Shown here in pieces: positions 42,066-56,216 of a stretch of 64,000 bases of DNA; position 1 is the first letter of the stretch, and each line of letters begins with the position of its first letter. The notes under the pieces were generated by a model. The model worked only from the letters and a program-made list of their open reading frames with translations, was not told the DNA's origin and ran no database searches. This stretch comes from Cycas panzhihuaensis (Eukaryota; Plantae; Cycadophyta). Location of the stretch: NCBI GenBank assembly GCA_023213395.1, contig CM041465.1:209939741-210003740 (forward strand), written 5' to 3'. The position numbers and the translations under genes are program-made.

Positions 42066-44146
42066 AGTTTGAGAAACTCATGAGACATTTTTAAAATATC
42101 ATAATTTAATACATTTTATAAGAGCTAACTTGATCTTTTAGTGGCATTCTTATAGGTAATAGGTAACATCTTCTCCTTTTGGGAGGGATATATTTGTGTT
42201 AAATTAGCTATATCTCTTACACATTCCCTCCATCTATTACTTCTCTCATGCACCTATTTCTCTTGAGCTATCTTAGATCACTCCATATCCTTGACGATAT
42301 GCCTTAGCCATGACATAACTTACATAGTGTTTTCACATCACCTATTTAGTTAGTTAAGATTGTGTATAATGGTTAGAGCCTTTCTAGTTCATTGGCCTCC
42401 TTTTAATAGGATTTTTACATTGTGAAGTTAAGGGGTCTCTTGCAATATTTTTCTTTTTACATAGGATCCCTTTTTATTATAAAGTTAAACTTCCTTGTGT
42501 TTTATCATGGGAAAGTTTCATCTCACTTATTTGCATGGATCTTATGATTGATCCTAGTTGGGGGTAAGGACTCAAATAAAAGTGGGAAAATTATCTAAGA
42601 TCCCTTTAAAACATGCCTTTAGCTTAAAAAGTGAAGATGTAAAGGGAAAAAATGAACCTTGAAATACCCATAGGGTGTAAAGTACAATATAAAAGAAATC
42701 ATATGAAATATACTCCATAAATAAGTTATTACTTTTAAAGCACATTGGCCCATTTATATTTATATTCTGAGGTTTTATGGTTTGGGGGGTATTATCAACA
42801 ATAGTGATAACATTGCTAGATAACACATGTAATCCATATGATATAACATGGCATGCGACATCTAACATCAATATATTTAGCATTTGACCATTAGATCTCA
42901 TACACAATGCATTATGGATTACTTAACATGATTAATTTATACATCAAATATTTCATATGACATAACCTATGGTATCTTAAGTGGTTGAGCTATAAAGCTT
43001 CATAAGACTTTTCTTCTTTTTTGAGTTTCATTTTGAGTCAACCTTTTGCCCTTTATAATTGATCCATAGAATTCCAAAACACTTATATTACATATAATTA
43101 GGCCACGACTTGAGGCCTTTAGAAGAGCCTATTAATTTGATGCTAGATTGAATTAATGTTTTGAGTCTTTTTTTGGTATGTCCTATGCATTAATGTATTG
43201 TAATGTGTATGCCAAAACTAGCTAATATTCAAACTTCATCTAGACTAGCCTTATAAATCATGAAGTCCAAAATCTTCTATGTATTGATTCTAAAAGGACC
43301 ACCCCTCTTGAACCAGTAGTCATTATGTTAGTCATAGTTTTAGTCTTTCTTTCACCTTACCTAGGGTCCCTTTCACTATTAAATCCATTTAGAGATTAAA
43401 CTATAGTTATCATTTATATTGACAACCCTAGATAGAGGCGTCACTAGTGCTTACAAGCCTCTAGATATCAAATCAAACATAGCATCAATGTTGGGCATAA
43501 ATTATAATATCCTTCAATATCACTTTAATATACCAATAAATGATTTACTTTTTAGGATTGACAAAGGGATCCCAAATCATAACCAAGAAAATATCATAGT
43601 AGGTCTAGTGATATCTCTATATACTTGTTCATGATGTAGACTCCTCATTGATTATACTATTCAATTTGAGTTATCACAAGGTTTAAGTTCACTTATCATT
43701 CTAATAAGGAATTGTATTTTGTATTTGCTCATGAAGATGGAACATATCCATATTCATTTGAGCCCATCATTATTAATTTTCATGTTATACATTTATTTTT
43801 TCTTTCTTTGTTGGAGGTGGATATTTAGTGCACACACTTCCTGTATAGATGACAACCATAAAATAATAGAACATCAACTTTTAGTAGCAAATTATTCACT
43901 TTATTACATATGATATAGTGACTTTTAACTCATCTTTACATAGTTCACATCATCAATGTCTCTATCACAAAGGAGCAAAATAGTAGTTCTTAAAATAACA
44001 CCATATATATATTCAATTAATACTCAATAATTATGAATAGGTAAAAGACATCTAAAAGAATCCATATGATGATTTTTTAGGTGATTCTTATTGGTTATGG
44101 TTGTGTTTAAAATCAATTTTATAATGGGCTCAAAAGTTGATGGACT

Positions 44147-44960
44147 TGTTAGAGTAGTAATGTTTTATCTTTGTTTTTTTTTAAGTTAAGGGTTATATGT
44201 CCAACCCCTCTTTCGTTATATCTTGACACCTAACCTACATGCATAGGCTCACTTGTATACATTGTATATATTTATATAAGAGTATTTCTCTCTCTCATTA
44301 ATGCAAGGAAGTAACTTATTCTTCTGTTCTTATTATTCTGACTTGGTATCAGAGAATCAAAAGATATAGAAAGGAGGTTGAAATTAAAGAAGTTTTCATT
44401 TCAAAGCTACGAATAGATAACAGAGGTTATTCCAAAAGCATTCCAAGAGAAAGAGGCAAATTTGTTAGAGGAAGGACAATAGAAGGATGAGGTAGGACTA
44501 TATGGTCATTGGAAGGATGGGGCAGGTCTATATCAATAGATTCCAGACCTTATTGTCATTGTGGTAGATATGGACATTTTCCCAATGATTGTAGATTCTA
44601 TAATCCACTAACTTGCTATCACTGTGGACGAGTAGGATATCTTGCTAACAATTGTCCTCAAAGGTGTGTAGAAATTCAGAGAGGAAAAAGAGTTGAAGGG
44701 AAATACAATAATGAATAGACCAGAGAAGACAAAAATGAAACTGCCTTATCATAGCCTTGGCCACACTTGCTCATAGTAATGAAAATTGGTATATATATTA
44801 TGGAGCATCCAATCAAATGTCAAGGAGAGGTGACTAGTTTAAGACACTTCAACAATACCTTCTCAACAAAATAGTTAAACTTGGGGTGGTGACTTTTCTT
44901 TACATATAAAAGGAAAGGAAACAATTGCAATCCTAATTAATAACAAAGTTTTAAAAAATG
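44147..44960 (+). mobile_element. Truncated Copia fragment G related to C: short LTR, PBS, 3' part of gag with two Zn knuckles, start of PR
   Basis: TGTTAGAGTAGTAATGTTTTATCT resembles C LTR start; perfect PBS TGGTATCAGAG 44344-44354; YCHCGRYGHFPNDC and CYHCGRVGYLANNC; WYIYYGASNQM (decayed WYIDSGAS). Confidence 0.8.
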
Positions 44961-47900
44961 GAGGATACTTAGTCTTAAATCTAATAAAATTTATTTTGAT
45001 TAAACTTAATAAGAGTGATATGATATTATATGGCTAGTTGATGATTCATAATTCTTTAGGTGTAGGCTTGGTTAGTTGGGTAGTTTAAATTTTATATCTT
45101 AGTCATAAATGGATTATGTATAGATCAATCGTAAGGTTGTGATCTAGACACACATCAATCTTATTAAATTGACATAAGATTGTTGTTGATCATAAGTGTA
45201 CTATATTAAGGGTTAACTAGAACCCTGAAAATCATATTGACATAGAGACATTAGAGCTAGCAAGTGAGATTTTTCATCTTAGTTTAAGTTGAGGTTTTTC
45301 TCCTCTACTAATAGTATGCAAGAATAAAGTTTTCTAATAGTATATGTAGTAAGAGAAAGTAGATATAGTTGATCCAAATTATTTTTAGATGTCTTATGTA
45401 GTAGTAGATGCAATGGGATTTAAACCTATTTAATGACATATGTGAAGATTCTCTTAGTCTTCTAATTATATTCTTAGCGAATGAATACCCTAACAATGAC
45501 AAATAAAGACATTCAACTAATGTGAAGGTTGTGGATTAGCCTGAACCCTCTCCTACATGAATAATAGTGGGCTAGCAGAACCATTTAAAGTAACCACTAC
45601 TAGGTGAGGCCTAGATTAGGGAGTTACTACCAAGAAAATATTGATGTATGATGCATGAATTGAACTATTTGAAGGAGTCACCATTAGCTAGGATTGGGAC
45701 AAAGGAGTTGTTATTTCCCTAATTAAAACTTAGGATGAGATATAAATTATTAGTGATGAGCTACATAAATGGGGAATCTTCTTATGAAACTAGCAAGTAC
45801 GACAATTAGTTACCTGTGTATGCTAGCAGATGATAGTTCTCCTATATGGACATCACCTAATTAGTTTGTTTACTATAGATTTCAAGGGTATACATTGACT
45901 GTCACTTTGAGATAAAGTAACTAATAGGTTTGAGGGAGATGTTTTCTAACTAAGGGCTCTTTTAACAACCATAATGAAAAATGGGTTAATTAATATAAAT
46001 GGGATAAATAAGAGAGTTAGTTATAGGATTGTTTAGGTTAATGTGATTTGCCTAATGTTATGTGACTATAAATAATACAACATTATATGAGAAAATACAT
46101 GAACAAATACATAAAGAACATTGAGGATTATCATTAAAATTTGATATATTGGCACCAATACTTATAGCGTAGTTTTTCTTATATACTTGTTGTAAGTAAT
46201 GAGTGATGAATTTTATATGTATTCATAGTGCCCATTATCCCTTCTGTCTCATCCTTCTTTAATGTGCATGATATGCCAAATGCTCAACAACATGTTAACT
46301 AGTTGAGGCATTTATACTCTAGAACTAGCCAATAAATATAGAATTCATAATAGCTTTTTATAAGAGAAGAGGATAAGAAGAGAAGAAGGCAAAAAGAATT
46401 CTCCAAAAATTTAATGTATAAAGAGAGGTTTTCTAACCCTTAGTTATATCATATTATGATGTCATCATAGTATTTTCTAAGTTCACAACACCCTATAATA
46501 TAACGCTATATCATAATATATTCCTAATTATCAAGGTTAAGAATAATTCATAGCAAGTTTCCTTATCTATTAAAATGTTTTACCCTTAAAGAATTAGAAC
46601 TAAATAGTGGCATTTCCTAAATAGTTTTCTTATCGAAGTGGCATTCTCTCGAAAAAAGTTCCTCTATTTAACTAAGTACCTACTGATTTATTTTTTTTGA
46701 AAATTTTTGGTGTCATAATCCAAGATGACCTTCTGATATAGTATTATTCATCCTTCATCATCTAGATTTGATTCTAAGAAGCTGACAAGGCCTAAAGATT
46801 TTGGGTGCTACTTCCACCTTCTTATAATCTTTCAATGAGGATTATTTATAAGGTTAGGGCTTTACGAATACCTAATTACCATCTTGAAATTTATATTTGA
46901 AATGTTGCTGTCCATGTTACTATATCATTTGATTATGTATAATATTGATATTCTCCTTCTATATTTGCATTGTATCTTTAATATATTATATGCTATCTCA
47001 GATTATAGGGACCTTCATATTGATGTTAAGGTATATTTTTTAAAAAAGTTGCTTATAGCCATAAAGGGCTATGAAAGAGTCCATTTTATTTACAAGTGTC
47101 TATTTGTAATGTACTACCATTCAACAAGGTGTAACCATTTATGCCACTAATTTTATTCATTGGTTATAAAACTTCTTAAGCTTCTCTCTAAGAATTTATT
47201 TACAACCTTAATTTAGTCAATAATCAATGTATGATATCTTATTCTCATTATGAGACTTGTCTATACTAGTTTGAGCATCTTTGTCTAGAAATTGCTTATA
47301 AATTTTAGTTCTCTATCACTTAAAATTATAGTTGGAAATGCATCTCTTAGGAAAAAAACATTTATCATTTAAGGAGTCTTAAAGGTAGGACATATATCAT
47401 GAAAATGAGTATATTTGGTTAGTTACTATACCATAAATGTTTAGAATCATTTCCTTAAGATTAGGTAATCATGTGATGAAGTGCATGGAAATTTCTTCCT
47501 ACTTTGGCTACAAAATATATAATGGTTAGAGGAACCTTTGAAACTTGGTTTTCTTGCCTTTTTAACTTTATAAAATATCAAATTCTACTATGAATTTCTA
47601 TACCTTTAATTAGTCCCATTTAGAAGAAGGATTTATATATGTTATTATATGATTTTCGAAATCTGAAATTTCTAATATTAAGAATAGAGTTCCCTTCTTA
47701 TAATATTTTATTGAGGTCCAAGAAAATTCTATCCTTATAAAATATGATATCCCTTTCCTTTGAAATTTACTTCTAATCTTAGCTTCATTTTGTTTAAGGA
47801 TTTATATTCTATTTTTTTAAATCTCCTTATCATATCAGTATTGCTCCTTAGCCTCTATTATCCATGAAGCTATTGCTACTAACATGGTATTGACTTATAT

Positions 47901-48245
47901 GCCATTATTATTTTTGAATAGAGAATTAAGTGATTTAACTAATGCTATTTAACTAGATAATACTAAAGCATTAATACTCAGTAATGGAATATAAATGAGA
48001 ATTCCATTTCTAGAAAACCTAGCTTAAAATATTAAGTGTCTACTATCTAAGTTTCCTAAACTTATTCTTTAAAGGGTTCAAGTGGCATTTAACAACTTTA
48101 TTAATTTATGTGAATCATTTTCCATGGTTATAAAGAGAGTATTGATGCATTTTGTATTTTTCATAATCTAATTGCAATGACCTAGTCCCTAACATAAATT
48201 TCCTTATGTAGGTGATGAGTTCACCTAAATTTTCTTAGTTTTCTA

Positions 48246-51200
48246 CATTAAATTTTTAACATGGGAAGCATTCAACACCAACCAAAATCAAATGATGAAT
48301 GAACAAAACATAAAATGCATTAACTCATCATAAGCAAGATTACATCAAATCACTATTGTATCATAGACTCAACATGAGTCTCCATGATGACTTGATTATT
48401 GTACACTATCTCAACCACCTATTTATACATCATAGGTGGGAATACATAAGAGGGATGTGACACATGTGGAATAAATACCTCTAACCTAACCAATGACACT
48501 TCACCAACTAACTAACCAATGACCTAACTTCTCACATAACATTATAATAATGTATGACCCTAAGACCTTAACATAATACTTATGACTATAACTTGATTGA
48601 ATCTAAGACACATTTTATATTAAATCCCCCTTAATGTTTAATGGAATGATTACAAGAACACTGACTCTTAAGGATATTATGACACCTACTTCTAAGGACT
48701 GACTGACATAGACTAGACATAAGACTTGAAGTGTTATTTGAACTTCTAATGCCTGAATCGTAGAACTTTTCTAAAGATGATATCATAACCCTGGGCTTCA
48801 ACCGAAATGTTGCAAAACTTGTATGTTGTGCATGTTCTATCATCTCCTACTTCCTGCTTGGTGACTCCTCTTGTGTTTACTTATATTGGTTGCATGTGGA
48901 ACACCTTCCCAAGATCCAAAGTGTAAATATATGATAAGATTTCTATGTAAATACAAAGAATCTCCTTGACTATTTCCAAATCATCGAGTACGATCAACTG
49001 CTTAGAACAATAAGCACTCTCATGAATGGGAAGGAAGAATAATGATTTCCTTCCTAGCTCCATAAGTGCAAGATTTTGTCTTGGAGCAACAAACAACTTT
49101 ATTTTCTCCTCATTACCCATGAAATTTATTAATAAGCCAAATATGATAAGGTCTTATGTGAGAATCACTTGTATACGTTTTCTAATTATAACTTAATGAA
49201 GATGGTATATTATCACAACATGATTGTATTTCATGATTAAGTATCATTCTAAAAATATACAATGATCTTGATAGATAAGGTTATGACTAAATTTGGTTTT
49301 AGTCAATGTATCTTGCCTTTCTTTGAAGGAGTCTTCCAAAACTCTTATTGCATATGTTAATACAATCTAAACATTTTCAAAAACAAGAACAAAAGATACT
49401 TTGATCATATAGAGTCTTGTGTATAAGCATAAAACTATGTGATATGATATCATATGGATCCTAGCAATAAATCTAACACCACAAATTAGGATAATATCAT
49501 CCATTAAGGTAGTTGTGTCTCCTTGATATGTCACATATAAAAGATAATTACTTTCAAGTTCATCATTTATCCTTTTTGTAGTTTGCAATGTAGTCTTATC
49601 TGTTAACATGCTGAAGCTCAAGGTGTTTGGAGAAATAACATTCAAATGTTTATTTTTACTATCTTTCTCATATTTTAAGTGAAGATCATCATACCCTTTT
49701 CTAGAGATAGGTTCATACAACCCTTCTTCTACTTTATGAATATCATATGAGTCTATGTGGGAACTAATCTTACTAAAATCAAGCTGATTTTCCCTTTTTG
49801 CTTTCCTCTTCAACTTTTTTTTTCTAGTTCTTTGTCTTTCTGATAGTCTTCTACACTTTCTCATGATCCTTTTCATATACTTCCCTTAACAAATTCTAGG
49901 CCTCTTTGGCTAAATCAATATTTTAAAGTGTTTGGATAAGAAAATTATATGAAGAATAGATGTTTCCTTTGTTAAAAGTTGTAAGCATTACATCAACAAC
50001 TATTATGTTTTTCTTTTTGAAAATTACCTCCCCTTTTTCATTAATTGAAATAGTACCAAGAACAATTTTCCATAGCCCTTTAGCCCTAAAAATGCATTCC
50101 ATTTTAATTTTCTAAACTTGAAAATTAATTCCAATATATTTAGGCAAGGTTATATTACTATTTGTAATCCAATACTCATTTTTCTCTGGTGCAAAGATAA
50201 TGATATCACTTAACTCCATGATGTATAAATGAGATGAATCATGTACCCCTTTTTTTAACTTAAAATAAGTATATCAAAATAGTAGAAAATTGCCTCAAAT
50301 CACATGCCAAAATTATCTCCTCTACGATAGGAATCTAATGTCTCTGATCACTTAAAAAATGGATGTTTGGATGGTGAGATATAAGACAAAGATGTGTAAA
50401 CACCTCTTTATAAAAGATAACTTATGTCACTAAGATATTAGCCCCTTAAGAAGATAAGTAGCTGGTCATATTAAGATATTATATAACCGGGGACTTAACT
50501 ACTAGAGGGCTAACCAACCTCAAATTATATTCCAACCTGACTAATTTTAACTTTCTTTGCAAAGAATTATTAAATTTATTATATTCATCTTAGTATCTGT
50601 AGATATCAAATGGATTCTAATCTGATTGAATTTGATTAGAAACTTTTGAAAAGAATTATAACTCTACCTTCAAAATTTTCTAATTTTGTCACAACAGCAA
50701 TAGCAAATGCAAAACCATAAGCATAAATCTGTGTGCAGAAATCAAGCAAATGAGTTCCACCAAAGAGAGGGTTCTTATTGGTGTTGAAATTTCATCATAG
50801 ACGTAACAAAGAGACTATACACAATGTAGGTTGACCAATTTAGGAGGAGTCGTTAGTGAGAGGAGGAGTATGGTAAATTTGGAGGAGCTACCAATTATTG
50901 AAGAAGTCACCAATTGTTAGGAGACGTAAGCTGCTAAACTATGAGTAAACCCTAGAGTCTAAATTTTGTTATTGCCTAATTTTTGCATAAGGTGTACCTC
51001 GATGATACAATCATTTAATTAAATCACAACATCAAAGTTGTCAATCGCATCTACCTCAAATGTTATGCACCACATATCAACAATTGTTCACTCTTGTAGA
51101 TTGAAGCACCAATCTCATATTATAGAGTTCATGAGAATAGCGTGGGGCAAGGACTCTAGGTTTTGATGATGGGAGACCTCTCGAAGCTCCAACTTTGGCA

Positions 51201-52827
51201 AGGTTGCACATCTTTTAGAGTTTGTTGGTTTGAGGTGAGGAGTAACCTTGTGTTACCATTCGACACTTACTATGTGCTTTGGCATCTAAAAATTTCCAAT
51301 CCATAAGGTGGTCAAGGTGGTTTCTATCTTGGAAGAAGCCCCTTAATTTCTCAGTTTCTTTTTGTGATGATCATGTGATGGAGTGCAAGTATTTAAGCTC
51401 GACAACTAAGATCTTAAAATAGAATGTGCCCTTGAGCAAGAGTGAGGCTGTGATGAAGGAGACTTGCACTGGCTAAGGCTCTTACTAATACTATGACTAC
51501 ACCTTCCAACATGGCTAAGTTAGAACAAGGTATTGCTCAAGCCATTCTTTATGGTCTTCTAGATTTCAAAAGATAACCATGGCCAAAACTTTCTAAGAAT
51601 GCAAAGAATCTAGTATGGCAGATGCTAGAGCCCGATCCCAAGCTTCGGTTGACAGCCCAATAAGAGCTTGAGCACCCTTGTTACAGAATGTAAAAAAGGC
51701 TCCAAACATTCCTCTTGGTGATGTCATGAAAGCAAGATTTGGGAAAATTATCTCTGATCACCAATGGGTAGGCTTTTATTAGTGTTTTATTTTCTAGCTT
51801 TATGCAAGGCTAGGTAAGGGACGTGCAACAAGGAGAAAAACAACGAACTTGCCCCTTGTAAAGCAATTTCATGGGCAAGGTCTTTCACACCAAGAGTTGT
51901 GTGGCTTAAGGTAACAGGTTTCTCTTTCAACTATGGCAGTCTTTCATTCTCTATTTATAATCTATTTCTGTAGTTGAATAGGTGCTTCATATTATTGTAG
52001 CCAAATCCTTTATCGTTGATGACCTCTCCTTTGGCTTATATCATTGAGTCACTCTTTGCACTTGAGGTTCCTAATAAAGTTCAATACAGACTCTAAATAG
52101 AGTAAACCCTAAACAGATTTTCTCCATAAACTTAATAACTAACTCAAGAAACTTAAATTTCTCCAACAAGGTCTTTAGCATAGACCCTAAATAGATACAA
52201 TACCATTACTAGGCCTACTTTATATAACAAAGAAAGGGAATAATATTACTCGGTAAAATTCTTATTTCGTATCAACCCTTGGCACACTTCATATCAACAA
52301 TGGCCTTGTGACTTCTCTTCGAATTCAATCTTCAATCTGGTAATGACTTAATGGAACCAACTCCTTGCTTGAATGCTTTATCCTTCACTGGACTTCTCCT
52401 CTCTTAATCTTCTCCTTACAGTAGGATGGTCTGCTCAGATACCATGTTAAATTTTTAGCATGGGAACCATTCAACACCAACCATAATTAATAATAATGAA
52501 TGAAAAAAATATAAACTGCATTAACTCATCATAAGCAAGATTACATCATATCACTATTGCACCATAGACTCAACATAATTCACCATGATGACTTGATTAT
52601 TCTACACTACCTCAACCACCTATTTATACATCATAGGTGGGAATACATAAGAGGGATGTGACATATGTGGGACAAATACCTCTAACGTAACCAATGACAC
52701 TTTACTAACTAACTAACCAATGACCTAACTTCTGACATAACATTATAATAATGTATGACCCTTAGACCCTAACATAATACTTATGACTATAACTTGATTA
52801 ACTCTAAGACACACCTTATATTAAACA
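48246..52827 (-). mobile_element. Non-autonomous Copia-derived element H (LTR, long leader, gag, little or no pol, LTR)
   Basis: LTRs 48246-48626 and 52445-52827 (~91-92% identical by hand); PBS TGGTATCTGAGC 52433-52444; PPT AAGGGGG ~48626-48632; Copia gag N-terminus NFQV*KIKMECIFRAKGLWKIVLGT (~50053-50130); no RT or INT motifs seen in the 3.8-kb interior. Confidence 0.88.
51512..51740 (+). pseudogene. CPK: Captured fragment of a calcium-dependent protein kinase (CDPK/CPK; kinase C-lobe and junction start)
   Basis: Translates [73 protein letters not shown], matching the plant group III CPK pattern [63 protein letters not shown]..RL. Confidence 0.93.
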
Positions 52828-53099
52828 CTTATACATTAAACATTATATTCTTTGGATCCCTTTCCATGGTTATAAAGAGAGTACTGATGCATTTTACATT
52901 TTTCATGATCTAATTGCAATGATCTAGTCTCTAACTTAAACTTCCTTATGTAAGTGAGGAGTTCACCTAAATTTTCTTAGTTTTCTATGCATCTATAAAT
53001 TATTTCTATAATTTTTGCTTTATGAATCTCTTTTAAATTTATTTTCCATTAGCTTTTCCCTTCTCTAACACTAATTAAGATATCACACTTTAATTTTCA

Positions 53100-54400
53100 A
53101 CATTATTTCCTATAGTTCCTTCTAGAATCTAATAAACATTAGAGGATTATTCTTACATTATACTCACATCAAATAATCATGTCAACTAAGGCTTTATATT
53201 TCATTTCTCTATGATATTATCAATAGATCCCATTAGAATCTTAAGGTCAAAAGGAGAAATATTATCATGAGTGTCAAGTAAGGTCTTAATCACATAAGAT
53301 TTCAACTCTAAAATTGACATTATTAGAGAACATTTTAATAAAGGTAGAGAATGCATTATAGGATCTTTTTAGAATAAGTGTAGTTATAATATCCTAAATG
53401 GAAAGACATCATAGAGGATTACCTTAATAAGATTCCTTTAATGATTTTATCTTTGCCAATCTCCTAAATAATATCCATGATATTAATATTATCACCATTA
53501 ATATTTCAAATGGATAAAACTTTTATCATAGGATTTAACTTAGGATTGAACTCTGTCAAGATAACTATAATTAAAAGAGTCTCACTTAACTTATTTTCTT
53601 TAAGGAAATAGGTTGCAATTACATTGGGAAAATTTAACTTTAACCAACATCACTTTTTCCATCGCTTTCTCTTTAACAACTTTCTTTATCCTTAGAGTAA
53701 TTAAAATAATAATAAGAATCATTATTAGAATTGGCTTATTTTATCTCTTTAATGATAACACCTACCCAATTGGAATTACATCTAAGGGAATAAGAGTTAG
53801 CGCTTATGTTTTTAGGCTAGACTTGATTGTACTAATTGAGTGGGAGGAAAAGTGACTTGGACCTTAGGAAAATCTACTAAAATTAGGATAATAAAAGGTA
53901 TCTTGAATTTATATAGTCATTCTTAATGTTAAGCCTCATTTATTTCCTATTTCGCTATTAGGTAGATAAGCAATGGAATTGGTTCAACTCTAGCCATCAT
54001 GACCTTCATAATTGCATAATCATATTATTCAATAAATTCAACCATGTAAAGAGATTTCTTCCAAGGACCTTGAATTCATGGTCAACTTGTTTGTGTTCTC
54101 TAAACCTACCAATTGACTCCTTATAACATACCCAATAATGTTTTCTTTAAGCAAGTTAACTATTCCTTATGAAATAGTCAAAATGACTATCTATATCCAA
54201 ATCCTACATGATAATACCATAGAAAACTCTTATTTTCATTACCATAAAAACCAAGAAAGAACAATAGTGACATAGTTTCAATATGGCTAAAACTTGAGTA
54301 CATTCATTGTTCATCTCTTCAATAGAAAACATTGAACAATTTAGATGAATCTCCCTCTCTACTACCTTAAGAACTCCCTACCACTTAATAAAAATGTTAT
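53100..54400 (-). mobile_element. Very decayed gypsy gag/protease-like remnant
   Basis: Only weak motif traces; unclear whether it belongs to I. Confidence 0.3.
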
Positions 54401-56216
54401 AAACCCTACCATGACCAATCACTACTCTAAATAGAGTTTAGGATACCCATTTATATAATGTATAAATGAGTTTCTCTACATAAATTCCTTAGGTGCTAAA
54501 ACCCTATATTAAAGTATAAAATCTATTAGCTAAATCACCCACCTTGATATTTCCATTACTCAAATGAATTTAATGCATATTAAACACCTAGTCCATTAAT
54601 TCAAAAGGATATATATTTGTTCACCAAAACTAAAGTCATAAATAGAAGTTTTGTATATAACCAAAAAGTATCCTTTTAGAGTGCTTCATAATATGCGAAT
54701 ATATTTCTTCAATATAAAGCAAAGGCTCAACTCAAGTGAGAGCTAATAACCCAAACTTTTCACTTAATTTTTCTAAGTCTTTCTTATCAATGTTGTTTAG
54801 TCATTTGGTAGAGCACTTATATATGATAATTACTACTAATAGGCTACAAGTTATGTATGCTCTATGTCTTTGATTTAAATTTTATTAATTGCATTTAAAA
54901 GTCAAGATTTAGCTATTATGATTTCAATTAAATCATGAAATTAGAACTCTATTATAGTGATCCCCACTTAGTAAATGCCACTAAAATATTTGAAATATCA
55001 CTTCAAAATCAAATAAATGCAATGTTAACAAGATAAATAATTATGTTTTCTGAAAAGGAACCTAACAATTAAGTCCATGCTTTTAAGAATTTTTAATGTA
55101 GTTGCCATGACAAGATTAAATTTATTAGTATGTGTATCATCTTGACCTATCTGATTCTCATCTACTATAACCATTTCAACATCTATGAGATATATTAAGA
55201 GTAAATTCATGTCATGGTTTTAAAATCAATCATCAAATCTACATTTCTCAATGCCTTTATATATGAACATTTATCATAAATTTAAAAGTATTAAACAAAC
55301 ATCGTTCGCCTAAGTCAAAACATAATGGTAGGAAAAATACCATCCTATATAGATCAATTAGATGTATAATGGACATATCCCTCTTATTTGTTCTATGATC
55401 TACTTTATACTATAGTCATAAACAAACTAGGGTTCCTTTAGACTAAGGCTTATTAAGAAGATCTTTTATACTTCTGTGGAAATTTATACAACTCAAAGCA
55501 ATAGATGTAATTCAAACATATGAAAGCCACATGGACATTAAGTGTCCATTAAAGACACTTTTACATAATAGAATGGATATACTTTTATTAGAATGATGTC
55601 TATAATACAAATGTACATATACAAGTTAACTATGAGGTTTTCTACAAGTAAGTAAAAATTAACTAAACTATTATAATTGGAATTTCTACAAGTGGGGCAC
55701 CCAACATGGGCATAACATTACTATAATTGAGTTTCCTACCCTCTAGAACTACATTACAACTTATAAATATCACTCTATGGGATTTTCTTCTCGCTTAGCC
55801 TCTACCTTTTGAGTGAATAATAGCACACATGACCCTTCACTTATGTCCTGTTCTCTAAATTTCTCTTATGCCCTCTATTCTCAAGCCTTCTCTCTATCTT
55901 AAACCCTTTAAATATTAGATGATGAATTCAAAATATCTATATAATTTCTCTTCCCAAATTTGATTATAATAAATGCGATCATTTAATGCACTAACAACTC
56001 TCAAGTGTCTCCCTGCATGTCTGTCTTTTATTTTTAAATCTTAACTTGTGAAGCTTTATATGTCATTAGTGTATTTAATTGCATTCCAATAAAATCCCAT
56101 TATTTATAGTGAAATACTTATAACAACATTCAACTACCAATACAGACATCATAACTACAATATGTTCTAAAAAATAATCCAAACGACTATAATGTTATAG
56201 GGGCTGTACTACTACA

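Larger units (their letters stand above)
46600..53010 (-). pseudogene. pol: Chromovirus gypsy remnant I (RNase H, integrase, chromodomain), split by H
   Basis: FPTIILSDRELKFISNF* (~47285-47340), chromodomain-like LDDEG..ILD..RYLVK*RNF..ENAT (~46635-46770); RH-like segment 48119-48245 repeated at 52861-52987. Confidence 0.7.

Noticed and set aside
46150-46160. TGGCACC as PBS of a further element with an LTR at ~45000-46148
   Set aside because: No partner LTR, TSD or downstream gag found; too weak to call
51512-51740. Exon of a real CDPK gene with huge TE-filled introns
   Set aside because: Has stops and a frameshift, spans an expected exon junction, lacks matching splice sites, and lies inside an LTR element
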